NCBI GenBank assembly: GCA_000934665.2 | Contig: KZ538714.1 | Location: 1 to 51,924 of the forward strand | Length of the DNA stretch: 51,924 nucleotides | Source of the DNA: Catajapyx aquilonaris | Lineage: Eukaryota | Reading direction: 5' to 3' | In this document: piece after piece, positions 13,201 through 27,039 of the stretch | Position numbering within the stretch: the stretch's first letter is position 1 | Layout: the number at the start of each line of letters is the position of its first letter | Program-made: the position numbers and the translations under genes | Notes under the pieces: generated by a model | What the model saw: only the letters and a program-made list of their open reading frames with translations | The model's database searches: none | Told to the model about the DNA's origin: nothing

Positions 13201-15907
13201 CGCAACCTGCCCCACGTTTTACCTGGCTTGAGCCTGTATCCAATTATCCCACATGTACCTAATAGCATTGCAAATAAACAGGTGGTTGGAAATACTATAA
13301 ACACGCAGCAGGTATCAACACTCTAGCCCAAATTAACTCAGCGCCAATTTCACCTAAATCAAACTACCCTCATACATTCAATCTTGGCACAGGTCCCCTG
13401 ACACCCCCCAAAGCAGATGACGGGAGTGACAACCCCTCCCTTATTCTGGCACCACCCTGCCTAGCACATATAACAAGCTAATTGACGTTCCACGGCTCTC
13501 ACTGTCTACTACGCCTTCACCAGGTCACGTCAAAGGTACCACCACTGCCAAAACATTATCAATAACCGATCGCGAACTTGTCCTGAACCCATACATCACC
13601 TCCCCCGCCTCCCCCTCTTCCTCTCCAGCTCCCCCCTTTTCCGTTCTCAACCCAAATCCACAATAGCCCTTATTCCACGAATATGCCTAGTGAGCAGCAC
13701 GCATGCTGTTCCGGGTGTTTCCAGAACTGCCCTTGACGGCACGCAACTTCCCCTAGTTCCCTCCATTGCATTGGACGTGGTCGAAAAAGGGGAGCACACT
13801 ATATAGATTACTCCATGTTTTCATTCTCTGGAAAGCAGGATGAGGCATATCCGTCAAAGAACGGCTACAGTCTGAAGCCATACCTCATCTCAATAGCAAC
13901 CGGTTAATATCCGGTGAATTTTCACGGCTTCCAATCAGAGAGAACGCTTGTTCTATTTCTTCACATCTTACAAGTGAAACCAATTAATCGGGTACAATCA
14001 AAATTTCGGCCATTTCTCCCTCCATTTCCCAATCAATTCTATGAACAATATCAATCTCCCGGTCACACTGGAATGACCCAAAAGGCATTGAAGTCAAGGG
14101 ACCTTTACACATGTAGCTCGCGTGGCCTTTAGACGTACAGTATATATCTGTGGCGTACTTCACAGCCGACCCATTTCTTTTCCTTCTAGCAGCAAAAATG
14201 GGTCGCTTGAAAGCGCGTACGTCGAACACGCCATCAACCCCCATACAGCACCCATTCCATAGGAGAACGTGAATAGTCTGCAGACGTCTAATAATAGTCG
14301 AGCTGTCAGTTCGGTCCTTATTTTCAGAGGTGGTGTCTGGCGGCCCTCGCCGCCATGCCTTTACATTGCACTGCACTGTACTTCTGCCCATTCCTCCTCC
14401 AACCTTATCTCCATTAATTCCATTCTAATTATTCAGATACCAGATTGCACACCTGCGCCTCTGCTGCTGGAGCCCAAATCATTCACATTCAAATTTACTA
14501 GGGAAAACTGTTGCATTTTTACCTCGCCAGACTAAGATTTATCACATATTTGTAAATGTGCGTATATATAACCTGATTTTCGCTAAACACGCACTTTTTA
14601 TCGACGACACTAACCTTTCCCAATACCCATCTGAACAACATTCAGCTCTAGTACGTTTCTTGTTGCCCGATTAACACCTGGACAGCAGGCTTCAAGCACA
14701 CCACGGGAGGAGGCCAAGTTACATAGGAGTCTAGGATATGCAGTAAACGACTTGGACTTGCTCCTGGCAGGGTGTTGACCACGCCACTTGACCCGCTAAA
14801 ATAAACAAATACTTTGCACGGGGTATATCAAAAGGTCCTTCGGAATTGCATTTCGCCCATTACCAGCAGCCTCAAGCCGCAATGGTTCAATGCACGTGAC
14901 TTCTCAACAAGCATACATGCAGCCTATAAAACCCATGTGTTATGGACCAACATCTATTAATCCCTCTTTCAGGTACGTCACTTAAACTCCGAACAATCGC
15001 TTGGCATCTTCCCGCACCTGAGTATACAACCAGACGAACATTGCAGACACGCTTTTTTATGGCCCTCCTCGGATTGCAGTCCTTCCCAAACCCCACACTA
15101 AAACAGGGCCCAGACACTTATTCCAGCTCAAACTGGCGGTGCACGATATGCAAAACGCGGAAATGAATTACGGACTACTGCATGCGCACCCATTATACAG
15201 ATGTATAGGGATCTTCTCCGGGAAAACTTACGTCTACTACGATCCCCATAACCGCTCGGCCCAACTTTGAGCCCAGAATACTGATGAATGAATCCCTGAT
15301 TAATCCCAAAGTGTGGACCTGCATTATGAACTGCATCGGGCGCGATTTTCGCAACCCCCTGATCACATAGCATTGGCCTCCCGATCTGCATCTCACTTAC
15401 GAGCCACCCGGTATATCCTGGCACAGTTTTCTCATTATACTAACCCTATCGACGCTCTCTTCAAATGAGATAAAATAATGAACCCGACATTTTCCCCACC
15501 GTGAAAAATGCGTCAACCGTTACATGAACAGTTTAATGGGACAACGAACTGAGAGCCAGACCAAAGAGTATTTGATTCAATTTGCAACTCTCCTCGCTTT
15601 AATCACCCGAGCATACCATATTAATTTATGGCTGGGGCACAACAGAAAATGAGCAGTGCGGTCAGGGGGAGGAAGAGGGCTATTTATTCCCATTTGTGGA
15701 TATTGGCTTCCTTTTTGATGCGACTTGTTTGTAACGGTATCGCCGATTGCACAGGGTATAGTTCAAGGCTGACCCTGACACTACGAAGAATTAGCCTAAT
15801 TGACACGATAGTCTCTCAATAAAACTTAGTCACTGCTCCAAGTACCAAGCGGCACCTATTCATACATATACAGCACTATCTAGCTGTTACACAACAATAG
15901 CCCTGGA

Positions 15908-16816
15908 GTGAATCAGCCTCCCCCTTATCTGGTACACGTTGCCACATTTAGCATTTTTAAAACCCGACAATTGCCATCACCAGCAGAAATATGCACCGCG
16001 GAAACGTTCTTTTCAGTCCTCCTGTATTCCGCCTCTGCTTTTTCGCGATTTTCTCATGCTTCGTATTACACCGCCTGTTCGTGCATGACCTGCGCTCAAC
16101 CCCGCCAACGTTGGGACAGCAGGTAGTAATCAAGCGGAAAATGTAGAAACCTGCGTATTCTTCCATTATGCTGTGAGAAGCCGCATAGGCATTCCGAGAG
16201 ATTTCACTTCTCCTTCGCCGCCAAAAACAGATGAACGCGTGGAAGGACGAAGTTTTAGAAGGCTGAGTGCGTGCCAAGGGTTTTGCCACTACAGGGTGTC
16301 CCAACATTCGCCACGAAAAAAAAGTATGCACTCACTACCTAACAGCAACCTGCAGCAAACGGCTGGGAATAATATCCGGAAAAATCCTGACCATAATTCG
16401 CACTCCATATGCTAATATTCCCCAGTATATTCACAATATTTCAGTTTTAAAATTCTTATGTCCACACTCTTGATTGTAAAACCCCCATATCTTACGAAAC
16501 AATGCAGCGCGTTTTAAGTTACTCTTAGCCACTGCCTTGACCGTGAACGGCATAATTGTGTGACTTGCAACACATGCTTTTTGAACACCCCCCCCCCCCA
16601 CNGTGTACTTCAGACCTGTTACCTTTTTATGCCAGCCTTATCTGCCTACTACAAGTTATCGATTCAGATAAGTCCAAATCGCCAACTGTTCATCTCGGTG
16701 AACTAGCCACCATAAAACCAGAAGTGGTTTTCGCCATACGGGGACATACAATGCACCGTATGACATTCCAACAAATACAGTCCCACTTGCAGCACATCAA
16801 CGAACAAAACGACTGA
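15908..16816 (+). mobile_element. Eroded LINE fragments
   Basis: FFSVLLYSASAF (resembles ILPxLLYGxExW), ERVEGRSFRRL (resembles LExFERxCLRRI), and FYASLICLL (resembles LYADDIxLL). Confidence 0.3.
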
Positions 16817-19800
16817 TTTATCAGTCATTTGCTTGTCCTCCCCCACTTATTTCTTCATCCCAACTATCCGGACGTCAGAGTGAGATTTTCACAATGCCTG
16901 TGACCAACTGCACGTAATTCCAAGAATGTGCCTGGTGTAACAATCCGAGGAGTCCATAAGACTCGGCTCACGTCGTTTCTTCAAACGCTATTCCCCGTCC
17001 CCGGACAAGGCAACTTTCTCCGCCGAATGGGCCTAATCAAACGTGACACCCTTAAACCTTTTACGCCCGCGGCAGCTACGATTCTTTTCCAATCTTCCTG
17101 AGAGCAAGGAATGGGGCCTCGGCAGCAACAGTCTCACAAAAGAAAAATACCAGAAGCTGTAGGATAAAGAACTGCTCCCATCCAGACCCCAATGATCCTC
17201 CTATTTTACTCCATTTATCACGACTTGAAGGATGTGCAGCTAACCCTGTCAATACCGCCTAATTACGTCAACAAATTCAGCTAACACTCTTATTACGTAC
17301 ACAATAAGGAGATTTATTTCTTACGCATTCTACCTGTTCCAAGACGGACAGCAGAGGTCACACATGCTATTCCGAAAATATATATACTGCTCCCGAACAC
17401 ACCGTGCATCGCCTCATTGTTTTACGATAATGTCACGTATATGTCTGATGAACAAATGGTCATCCAGTCGATTGCAAAACTCGCCTATAAGCAATTCTAA
17501 TTTTGCGATACGGGAAATCATATTCCTATCCTATAATATCGGCGGGTACTAGAAATAACACTCCATATTCATACACATCTCAGACCTTTTCCTGGTACGT
17601 CGTGCAATTTGCGCCACAGATGTAATCGAAGATTACGACTAACCGTGACAGTTTACACCGGCACATGACGTCACCTTCATTATCAGTCGGTCAACATGCT
17701 TTCCAGACAAATACGGTCCTCTGAGTTGCACGGCTGACGTGGAGCGCAGTAGTTGAAACTCGATTCAAATTACAACCGAGTTCGCAATCAAGAAGCACGA
17801 CGTTTATATGGTTTCGACTCTCCCAGGAATAACCCTTAGACGGCTGCTGAGTGGCGCGTCAATGCTGCCGAATTCCACTTCCTTCTCTAATACTGCTGAA
17901 TAATTTCCAATTGCGCTGATCAGTTATTGATGGCTGCACTAGTTTCAGACCAGGTCGCAAGGCCCCCGCTCCGGGCAACATTTGAGGAATGGGATGCACT
18001 TCTATATCGACGACCAATAAAAAATAATGCACCGCCTGCTCTAAAGGAACCTGCATTACCACCACCCCACAACCGCGGGCCAAAATATCATTGGCACCCT
18101 GCTTGGATGAAAAGTAGTGCATTTGTAAGGCTGATGCATGGCCTAAAAGTCGGCATGAATGTTCCGATCGTTAATCATATCCAGAAAACCCTTCTCTCCC
18201 CATAGTGCTACTTGCACTGACACACAACTTGCAAAACAGAGCGGTCAAATATTTTACCAAACTGGAAGCCAGGAATCTATCAACGCGCAGAATTTAGTGA
18301 CAGCGGAAAAGACAGAAAAAAAAATCACTCTCCATCATCACTCTTTGGTCCAGATATTACCAACCGTGCATGTCTGAAAAATATATTTTTGAGCATTAAC
18401 ATTTAAATTTGTTTAAAAAAATCAATATTGTGAAATATACGCCTAAAAACACTTTTTGCCTTCCACTACTTCATCTTTAGTAATGCAGCTTGAAAACACA
18501 GCAGCAAAATCCTGCAAAATGAACTGACAATGGTGCCAACAAATCCACAGGCTCGAGTGTTAACTGCACATCCTCCCGCTGACGCCGCAACACATGGTTG
18601 ACGGTACCCAATGAATTTTGCCAATCACACAGCAGGCAGCTCGACTAATACTTCCTGCCCGACCCCCCACCTAATAACCACTCGAAATCGGGGGGAACTG
18701 CACCCAGAATATCAGGCCACAAAGGAACTTCCCCGGGCTGCCACAGACAGAAAATTCAGCTAATTAATCAGATCGGACATGCCGATCAATCAAAAGCAAA
18801 CGCTCCCCGTTTTGTCGACTCCCGCAGCTCAGGAATTCAATGAGACCTAGTGATATATAATTTTCCTCCGGCTCATGCCGCCATTCAGCCCCAAAATGGA
18901 TCCAGGGCACGACCAGACCTTTATTGGGCTATCCCCAGGTTAATCACGACCATGCACCAAGCAACGTTTTTACCCTCAATATTATTATTATTTAGGTCAA
19001 TGATTCTGGTCTGATGATGCGACTCCTCGTTTGGTGTCCCCATCAATAAAACAGAAGGGACAAGAAATGCATGACTGCTCCTCATCTGGCGAGCGGCAAT
19101 CTCATGAATGGAATGCAAAGCCAAAATGCGTGATCAAGAAGTCTATTTGGTGCGATGCCTTCGTCCATGAAACATGAGCTTGTCAATTATCAAGAGATTC
19201 TGCACAATGCACATTTCGACTTTCGCTTTGATCACCTGTCGCCCAAATGGCTCGTATAACCTGCCCTCAATTAACGGGGGATACTATATACCGTGGGGGG
19301 TGCTGCTGTCTCAATCGCTGCATAAACTATGCGCTATTGTGCAGGCCTATCGATCAATTTGGGCGCAGCTGCACGCAAAACTTTCGATAAGTATTCGCAA
19401 GGACTGCAGATACCGCCAGCCTGCTCCTGCTGCCATAACTAGGCAGCCAGATATGTTCCTTCCATTTGCGCGCACAGCACTATATAACTATATTGTGTCC
19501 AATTTGCTCCGAATGAATCACAGCCTATCGAACCATGCCAAGGCAGATAGCCTATATCCCAGACTCAAGCACGACACTCGTGCAAATCACGCAAAAATTG
19601 CGGGTTTACATGAAGGGAATCGAGAAACCTGTATACCCCCGCTTCCTATAAATCGACGATTGTCGAGAAAACGAACCGTTGGTTAATCCGGCTCTCGATT
19701 CTCTGTTACCAATCACGCCAGGCGTTATTAGAATTTATCACAAGAGGTGCGTGATGGGAAAGGCGTATTAAAGAAGAAATAAAATAAAAATGAAAGGGGA

Positions 19801-20702
19801 GACTCTTGTCATGCGTGCGTCCACCAGTCACATATGCCCTTATCTCTTATAATCTCGTATGTGCAACCTATATATCAAAAAAAATGCTGGGTCCTCCAGC
19901 TATAGTACTACCCACACATTTGCCTACTCTGTGTGTAACACTACAATGAGACAATGTTACCCTGTCAATTAAAACTGCATACATCTCGTCACACGCAGGC
20001 TTATTTACGCAAAACAATGATTAGCGACATGTGTACAGAGTCTCAAGTCTTCTAGTGCAAAAGGGAGCAATTCCTCATGTGGTAGTTATTTTTTAACCAC
20101 TGGCGACTGAAGATACAAAATATTAACTCCAAGCAACCCACATGCACCACTGGCATTAAATCTTTGATGCGAAATCGATCGTGTGTTTATTTTGAGTCAA
20201 ATGTGAATAATTAGTCGGATATAAACTCTAGCTAATAATACGACCATATAATTGGCGTGACACTTTGGGCAACAATTTCATCACCCCCCCACCCCCACCC
20301 CCACCCGCGAGTTTATTGACAAATTAGATATTAATCGCGCCAAGCGGTTTCGGTCACAACATTCAAGCCACCCGGTGATTCTGTCGAAACCAACTGACCT
20401 CCGAGATCGACCTTAAGTGACCATCAGTGTGAACTAGTTGCCCCAGTGTCGCAGGCGCGTGCAACTTAATGGTCGGACGTTAAGGAAACGTCAATACCAC
20501 GCTCCTCAACTCCAGGTTTCATGAAACACTATACTTTGTGGATAATGTCATCATTATAGCCAGAAGGAAACCTGTTCGTCTAATTAGTGTCTCCGACTAC
20601 AAAAGGAGGGAGCGCGTTCGGATCCGTGGGGAAACCTATATAAACGTTAGAATCCCGGTGAATTGATCTGACCGAAGCGACGCATTTGCATGTCCAGTTT
20701 GC

Positions 20703-20981
20703 ATGTGCATGGACCAAGTAATTATGGCTATGGGGAAGAATTATTTGACTCCCTGCAACTGGAATCACGTTAAGAGCGCTCTCGATCCGATTACTCGGAC
20801 GCACGCACCTTCCCCTGCGCAGCTAAAACAATATCCGACAGATATCGGTGCATTATACCGGATGATTAATAAATCTTGGTTGCCCATTTGTTGCTGCCTT
20901 GCAGATACTGCTAATTACTGTTCATGCCACCTGGCGAAACTATTGCGCAAGAATTCAGTCATGGTACACACCAAGAGCTAA
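20703..20981 (+). mobile_element. Eroded LINE fragment (segment before the RT core)
   Basis: HVKSALDPITRTHAPSP...LYRMINKSW, resembling EVxxAIxxLxxxKAPGPD...LxxLFNxS. Confidence 0.35.
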
Positions 20982-21779
20982 TAACTCTTGTACACACTGA
21001 TTACAGCTTCTATAATCATCCCGAACACGCCAGGGGCCTATGTGACGTATATCGCAAAGTAACCAAAAATCATAAACGTATATCGACACACTCTAACAAG
21101 TCAATTTATTATGGCTATGCAGACATGGCCATGTGGCAACATTTGTCCAAAAATTAGATTCCCCCCCCCCCCTTTTTCTGTTACCGAAATATATACCGGT
21201 ATTTTAAATGTGCACTTATGGTGTTTATTAACCTACATGCAACAGTCGAATTAGGCAGTTTCGGACTGTGCCGTGTCATTCTTTCGTCATTTGTTATGAT
21301 CATCTTGCTTCCATGACAGAACCGACTGTTATACTGCCCTAAATAATTTAATTTCACAGAAACTGCCCGCATTAAGAAGGTCATATAAAGAGAATCATCA
21401 AAAATTCTAATTCGCTGATTGAGACTCAATTGTTTCTACATTTCCGTTACACTTTTAACCGCAGTTTGCGCAGTCGACACTTCGTCATTGAAAACAGATC
21501 GCCCCGAAGTAAACCGACAACAACAGTGCAACATCAACGCACGTCACATAGCGTTAAATGGCTCTGATTTATCCTAAAATTACATTAAAGTGACACACCG
21601 CTTCGTCCCATTCGATATGGCAATATCAGTGCTCCTGCCGCGCGGGAATTGAGGTGCATTATCAAATTATTCTAGCCCACCTTTCAATTATGAATTGGTT
21701 ACAGTAGGCGGCGACATAACAAACACTAATTTATTTACATCAGGAACCATTATATACCCTCGCGCCATTACTCAATAAA

Positions 21780-21965
21780 TGGGAATTGCTCTATACATCC
21801 CAAGTCATACAACCCCAGCTTATTATACACTGGAACCTTAGTCAATGAAATCATAAAAGTGGCCCGATCCCAAACAAGATCAGCTGCAGGAAATCACTCA
21901 TTGCACGAACCGCCCATCTCCTGGCAATTCCCAGAAAATTTCATTCACGGTTAGAAAAACTCGCG
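21780..21965 (+). mobile_element. Eroded LINE APE-type endonuclease fragment
   Basis: GIALYIP (resembles GGGVAIYI) followed in frame by TNRPSP (resembles YRPP). Confidence 0.3.
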
Positions 21966-22340
21966 GAAGTATCTGCTCATTGCTCCCGACAATCTCGAGT
22001 ATAATGTATTCCGCCTTAGAATAGTACTGATGCCACAAGCCTTTCATTGTTAGTTACATTGTTGACAGTCATTATTGCCAATTGTGACGTCAGTATCATT
22101 CAAATGCTGAATGTAGTGTATACCACACATGCGGAAAAATATCCCTCCCCACGAAATTCCCAAAACCGTCCCATTTTTGAGTCGCAATGGCATTGCAGCA
22201 AGCCTGACCAGACACTGCATACAAGCCCCAAAAGACCTGCAGCCAAACCGAGCAACACCCTCAAATCGGCCGTTACCTCCATCAGGTTTTCTTCCATTTG
22301 CGATATAAATCAATGAATACCGTTAGGGGGAGAGACTAGC

Positions 22341-22360
22341 GGTGGTGGTGGTGGTGGTGG
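22341..22360. repeat. (GGT)6 microsatellite
   Basis: Seen directly. Confidence 0.9.
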
Positions 22361-23157
22361 GCCAGGGGTGAGGTCAGGTGCCGCGGATTGTGGGAGTGGG
22401 TAAGTGTTGCATGGAGCAACACGCAAGCTACTGCTGTGGCCCCCATCATGTGCATTGTGCACGCTGCCAGCCACACCACCTGCAGACTACGTCACACCCA
22501 ACCCCCATGGCCTCTTTACCTTGCGACAGGTGCCACACTTTTGTCAAAATACACCTGCTCTTGTTATCCACATCCGACCCTTATTTTGAAAATCCCAGAA
22601 AAATACATCGGCACTTACTAAAAGGTCCGCAATGTGATGTGATGACTGATGAAATAAAGACCAAATCGTCCGCAACGTACGTGTGCAAATCCGGTTATTT
22701 ATTTACAACCCTTTCTCCAAACATGTTCCTGCAAATTGGTCCAACTTTGCCCGAATCATGGCCGTTTTGATTTCAACTATAAGCTGGCAATATATCACCA
22801 AACCCCGTCACATTGCCAGAAACCTCCCCTCATCATTATGGAGCAGTGCAAGTCCGGCTGTCAAAGAACTACGATATAGCAGCACAAATGAATAAATTAT
22901 TGGAACCAGGAGTCCGGTCACCAGCTGCATGCGACGCATTCAAAGCGGGGTTCTAGAGACATCCTCTCTTCCCTCAGGAGCCCACCCTTTCTCCTTTCAA
23001 GGATTCTTTCTTACCATAAAAAAAAGTCAGCCATGAATACAGCTCTGATGCAGCAAACTTCATCGGGCGGGGTGTTTAACCGGACCCGGCCCACAACAAG
23101 GGGGCACTTTGCACCTTGGTTATACCTCCAAATTGGGCACTTTGCTGCACTTTGGTA

Positions 23158-23288
23158 CAGTACCGGCTGCCAGGTGACACAAAAAGGTGATGAAAGATGG
23201 CCCTTTGATTTCATTTCCTTCCAAGTCTATCCATACGCCAACCTGATTTCACTAATCCACTTTGGGAACCAAAGTTAACCCGGTACTG
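23158..23288. mobile_element. Possible small Tc1/mariner-type MITE
   Basis: TA-CAGTACCGG ... CCGGTACTG-TA; the TIR is only 9 bp. Confidence 0.3.
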
Positions 23289-25968
23289 TAGCATCCCTAC
23301 TGACTGCCAAGTACCGCGAACGAAAACGAAAACGCTAATCAAATGCTCCTGGACGCATGCTCAAAGCTTACAGGGTTGCCATTTTCCAGATAATCCCAGC
23401 CATATATTCCATCAAATAATCAAGCAATTCTCTTGATATAAGGAACCTAATTACCAACATGTTCTTCCACTGCAATCTGTCATCGGACCGGGAAGCTTTC
23501 ACTTGCACTGTGCAGCCCCACTGAGCATCCCTGAGGTATGGGTTAAAAACAATTGCATAAACTATTCGGGTAAGTAGTTTCTGCCTCGAAAATGTGCGCT
23601 TTCACTCGGGACGACCGCAGTCCCCAAGCCAAAAATGGAACCTTTCAGCTAGATTCTCTCTCTAAAAGCCTGCACAACGTGACAGACTTTATCGCCATTT
23701 AAGAAAAATAATCATTTAATTAACCCGATCGTATACGGCAGGTATATCGAATGTAACCGCAACTTCTTAACTTTACAAAAAAGGTATCTTTTTGGGTGTT
23801 TCTCACACGCACCCTAAAAAACAGAAGTTCGTGACGTGTGCACGACCCGACTCGTCAACAAGCTTGTTTATCCCTCAAATTATCCCAGAGGCACGTTCTC
23901 ACCCCGCGCCTGTAATGTAATTACGATGCCGCTTAAATTGCCACCGCGACTGGAGACAAGAATGCCTCCGGTAACCAATTCAAAATGGCGATATGGATTC
24001 CTTCGTTTGCAAATCTGATTGAATAATTACAATCAACCCAGTGCTTTCCTCTGCTATTCATTACGCCCTTCATTTGTGGCCATGCGAATATTTTTGTCCT
24101 TTGTTTCATCCACAACCATAATGCCTATTGTTGTGTATGGCACAATGTGGACTGCTTCACTAAATATTTAAAACAATGAGGGGGTTTATTTGTCTTTTAT
24201 TTCCTCCCCCCAAGAGGCACATTCCTACTTGAACTCCACATCAATTCCACATTTATCTGGTGATGTCAGCAGTGCCAAATTGCACGTCACATATTTCTAG
24301 CATACATATATACTGTATGGTTGGAATTTCCGATTCAGTTGTAGGCTATGTTGCCATTTCTATAGCATTCCTTTTCTTTGCCGTAGCAAAATATAAAAAT
24401 TAGGAAATGAAGCTATTGCTGAGATAGTACCAGTACTGATGGCCATACATGCATGGGAAAGGTTTGGAAAAAAATAAAATTAGGATGGTTCTCCCCAAAC
24501 CTTATTTTAAAACTTCAAGTGCATGCATTCATCCAACTTTTCAATCACAAACGAGGCTCATAAGGGTCATCTGAGTCTTCCCCTTGGCATCGACTGATAC
24601 CGTGAAAGCAAATAAATGGTGATAAAATTTTTGGAACTGCAAAACAAGTCCATGTCAACTTGCACACATTGATTGCTGAGGAAAGCAAGTGACTGATTAT
24701 TCCACATCATTGCTATTATCTGCTGGAATGGAACTCCAGCTTTTCATGCTAATCTTCAACCGGTGAGACAGGTCCACTGACAGAGATACAAACATGAAAC
24801 CAAAATGGCACAACATTATTTCTGACAGGCTGCCATTTCAGCTCATTAGCTAATAGGGAGGGAAGAGCATGATGTGCACTCGGCCAGGAAAAATATCCCT
24901 TTGAGAAAAAGTCGCTTTAAAGGAAAGACCAAAAAAATTGTTACGTCAGAAATGAGTGCTATTTACAGACACCGGGGAAATTACTTGCATTTTTGCATTT
25001 TCAAATTGCCAAAGGGCACCTGGAAATATGTGCATGTGCTCAGCAATGACAAGCTTGTTATACACTTCCTTTCTACCACACACAAGACCATTGTAATGTA
25101 GAAATTCACACTTGTTACGGCCTTAACTAAGGTGACTGCCCTTCAGCAATGAAGTCGCATTTGGGCCTGTATGTTATTCACTCTTGTCTCCTAAATAAAA
25201 CTATCATGATGTGTTACACTGTCATAAGGCTGAATGTGAGCAGTTCTGTTTTCTATATTGCTTGCATTCTTATACCATGTGTTTCATAATTTAGCTAATA
25301 TCCATATCTGCAGAAATTTTGCATATGCTCACAGGGCAAGTTGGTACTCTGGAGGGGAGGTGTAAGAGAGAGATGGGAGTTGCATATAAAGGATTACAGG
25401 TTTGCTCCTTCTCACTGGCTCACATATGCAAGGTGCACTCAGGATCAGGAGCCCTACCTGACACAGGAACGTCCGCGAAATTTCAACCGATGCTGTGGAT
25501 GTGAGTAATTTATGAAACATGATATGCGTATTCCAGAATTAAGCTCACAGTCATATCCATAAAATTTCACAGACTCTCCTGCATTAAGGTGGTACTCTTG
25601 TGACCAAGAACACCCACCAACTATGAGTTGGGAAGGAGAACCAAAGGCACACAACCTATCCACATCTACCCTCTCTTACAGTCATGGTGCTAACATGACT
25701 TTTATGAGCATATGTGACTTTTCCACCTATTCAAATAGGAGTTCAATTCTGAAATGCAAAGTATAATATTTTACAGCTAGTCAAGGTTTTAATAGGGAAA
25801 AGCTGTGGTCTACTTGTAATTTTTCTGGCTGTGATCAACTACAACCTCAAATATTGTATTGGACCTGATGGTGAAGCCCAGAACTTGGTTAGTGGAAGCC
25901 TTATCCACTATAGCAAATTGTCTAAGTCCTTACAGGTTGAGTAACATCACCATACAGGAACAGCTTAC

Positions 25969-26922
25969 CTTAATAGTCTTGTATTTCTTCTTGCTTGCTG
26001 TATTTAGATCTTCGTGCACTTTATCCAACAGCCACATTAGGAACTCTTGAGCGTCGTGCTGGTTGCTCCCCCTATACTGGCTTCCATACTTGTCAATTAC
26101 CGTTTTGAAGCGGCTGGAGATTTCTGGATCATATTGGCATGACCATATGGACTTGAGCAGCACAGCCAGGTTCTCAGTCAGCTCACCCTTGGTGCCATTC
26201 TTCTTGTTGCGTCGCAGCAGATCCTGCTTGTAAAGGTCCATGACAAAGTACCTGGCGAGAACGTCCGTGTGGCTCAAACACTGCAGCACAGCATTCACAA
26301 AGCAGGTGTTCCCGTGGTTTCGGAGACCAATGACTCCTGGTACACGGCTCCGGTCATAGAGGCGGTCAGGTGGCGGGTCAGCAGGAAGGACACGTACATC
26401 GGCCGAGGAGACAGAAAACTCGGTCCGACTGCGGCTGATGGGTGCACCTCGGACAGGCCTACGGGGCTCATTGGCACCAACCGACGTCACCTGCTTCATT
26501 ACCCGACTGAAGAAATGCTTCAAAGAGTTCCGCCTCTGCAGCTTGACACGCTTGTCTGGGGCCATCGGCATGGTGCCAGGCTCCTCTGGGCTGGTGGAAC
26601 CACCTCGTAACCGCTCCACTGTCAAGTCATCCGCCTTCTCATTGAGCAGCTCACCCTTGTTTCTCCTCTTGACCTTCTTCTTGCTCAGTCTGCCAATACC
26701 AAAGAGGTTCCGGCCAATGCTGAGGGACCGCTTCAATTTGGGCTCGGGATGTGGATCCATGTCGCACACAACCTGATCGTGCTCCTCAGTTGGGTCTTCC
26801 AGAGCACACAAGTCGTTCTCTGACTGATCCAAGTGGTCTAAACTGTCATTCGAATCGGTACAGTCCAGCAGTTCTCCCTCCGAGGCTGACTTGTGTACCT
26901 TGGCAGCTACCTTCCTGGACAT
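25969..26922 (-). CDS. USP31: Ubiquitin carboxyl-terminal hydrolase 31/43-like, first coding exon (318 codons); downstream exons not found in window
   Basis: USP Cys box GLRNHGNTCFVNAVLQCLSHT and QHDAQEFLMWLLDKVHEDLN. First in-frame ATG at 26922 (MSRKVAAK). Exon ends at phase-0 donor AAG|GTAAGC (25969/25968). USP31 versus USP43 cannot be resolved by eye. Confidence 0.92.
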
Positions 26923-26952
26923 GTCCAAGTTCCTGGTCACGTAGGAGATGAC

Positions 26953-27039
26953 TCAGGATATAAGCACTGATTCAGTCAGCCGGCCGGGCCCGCTCTGACG
27001 CAGAGACTCGCTGCATCCGGCCACTACTACCTCCGCCAT
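26953..27039 (-). promoter_or_regulatory. Upstream ORF (28 aa, MAEVVVAGCSESLRQSGPGRLTESVLIS*) in frame with USP31
   Basis: ATG at 27039 in strong context (aatATGG). TGA at 26955-26953, then 10 sense codons to the main ATG at 26922. Confidence 0.6.

Noticed and set aside
25140..25180. - strand IQAQMR as USP31 exon 2 (FQAQFRSSL-like)
   Set aside because: A stop follows within a few codons and there is no CPxC or FDPF motif.
57..25900. The many 60-170 aa ORFs in the supplied track as real genes
   Set aside because: No intact domain and no consistent splice structure. Several are chance frames across decayed retroelements.
25930..26940. ORF-track boundaries of USP31 (GTG start, stop at 25930)
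   Set aside because: The first ATG is at 26922, and similarity ends at the donor at 25969; the remaining codons are intronic.
26953..26955. Selenocysteine recoding of the uORF TGA
   Set aside because: The USP31 3' UTR is not in the window, so no SECIS can be assessed, and USP31 is not a known selenoprotein family.
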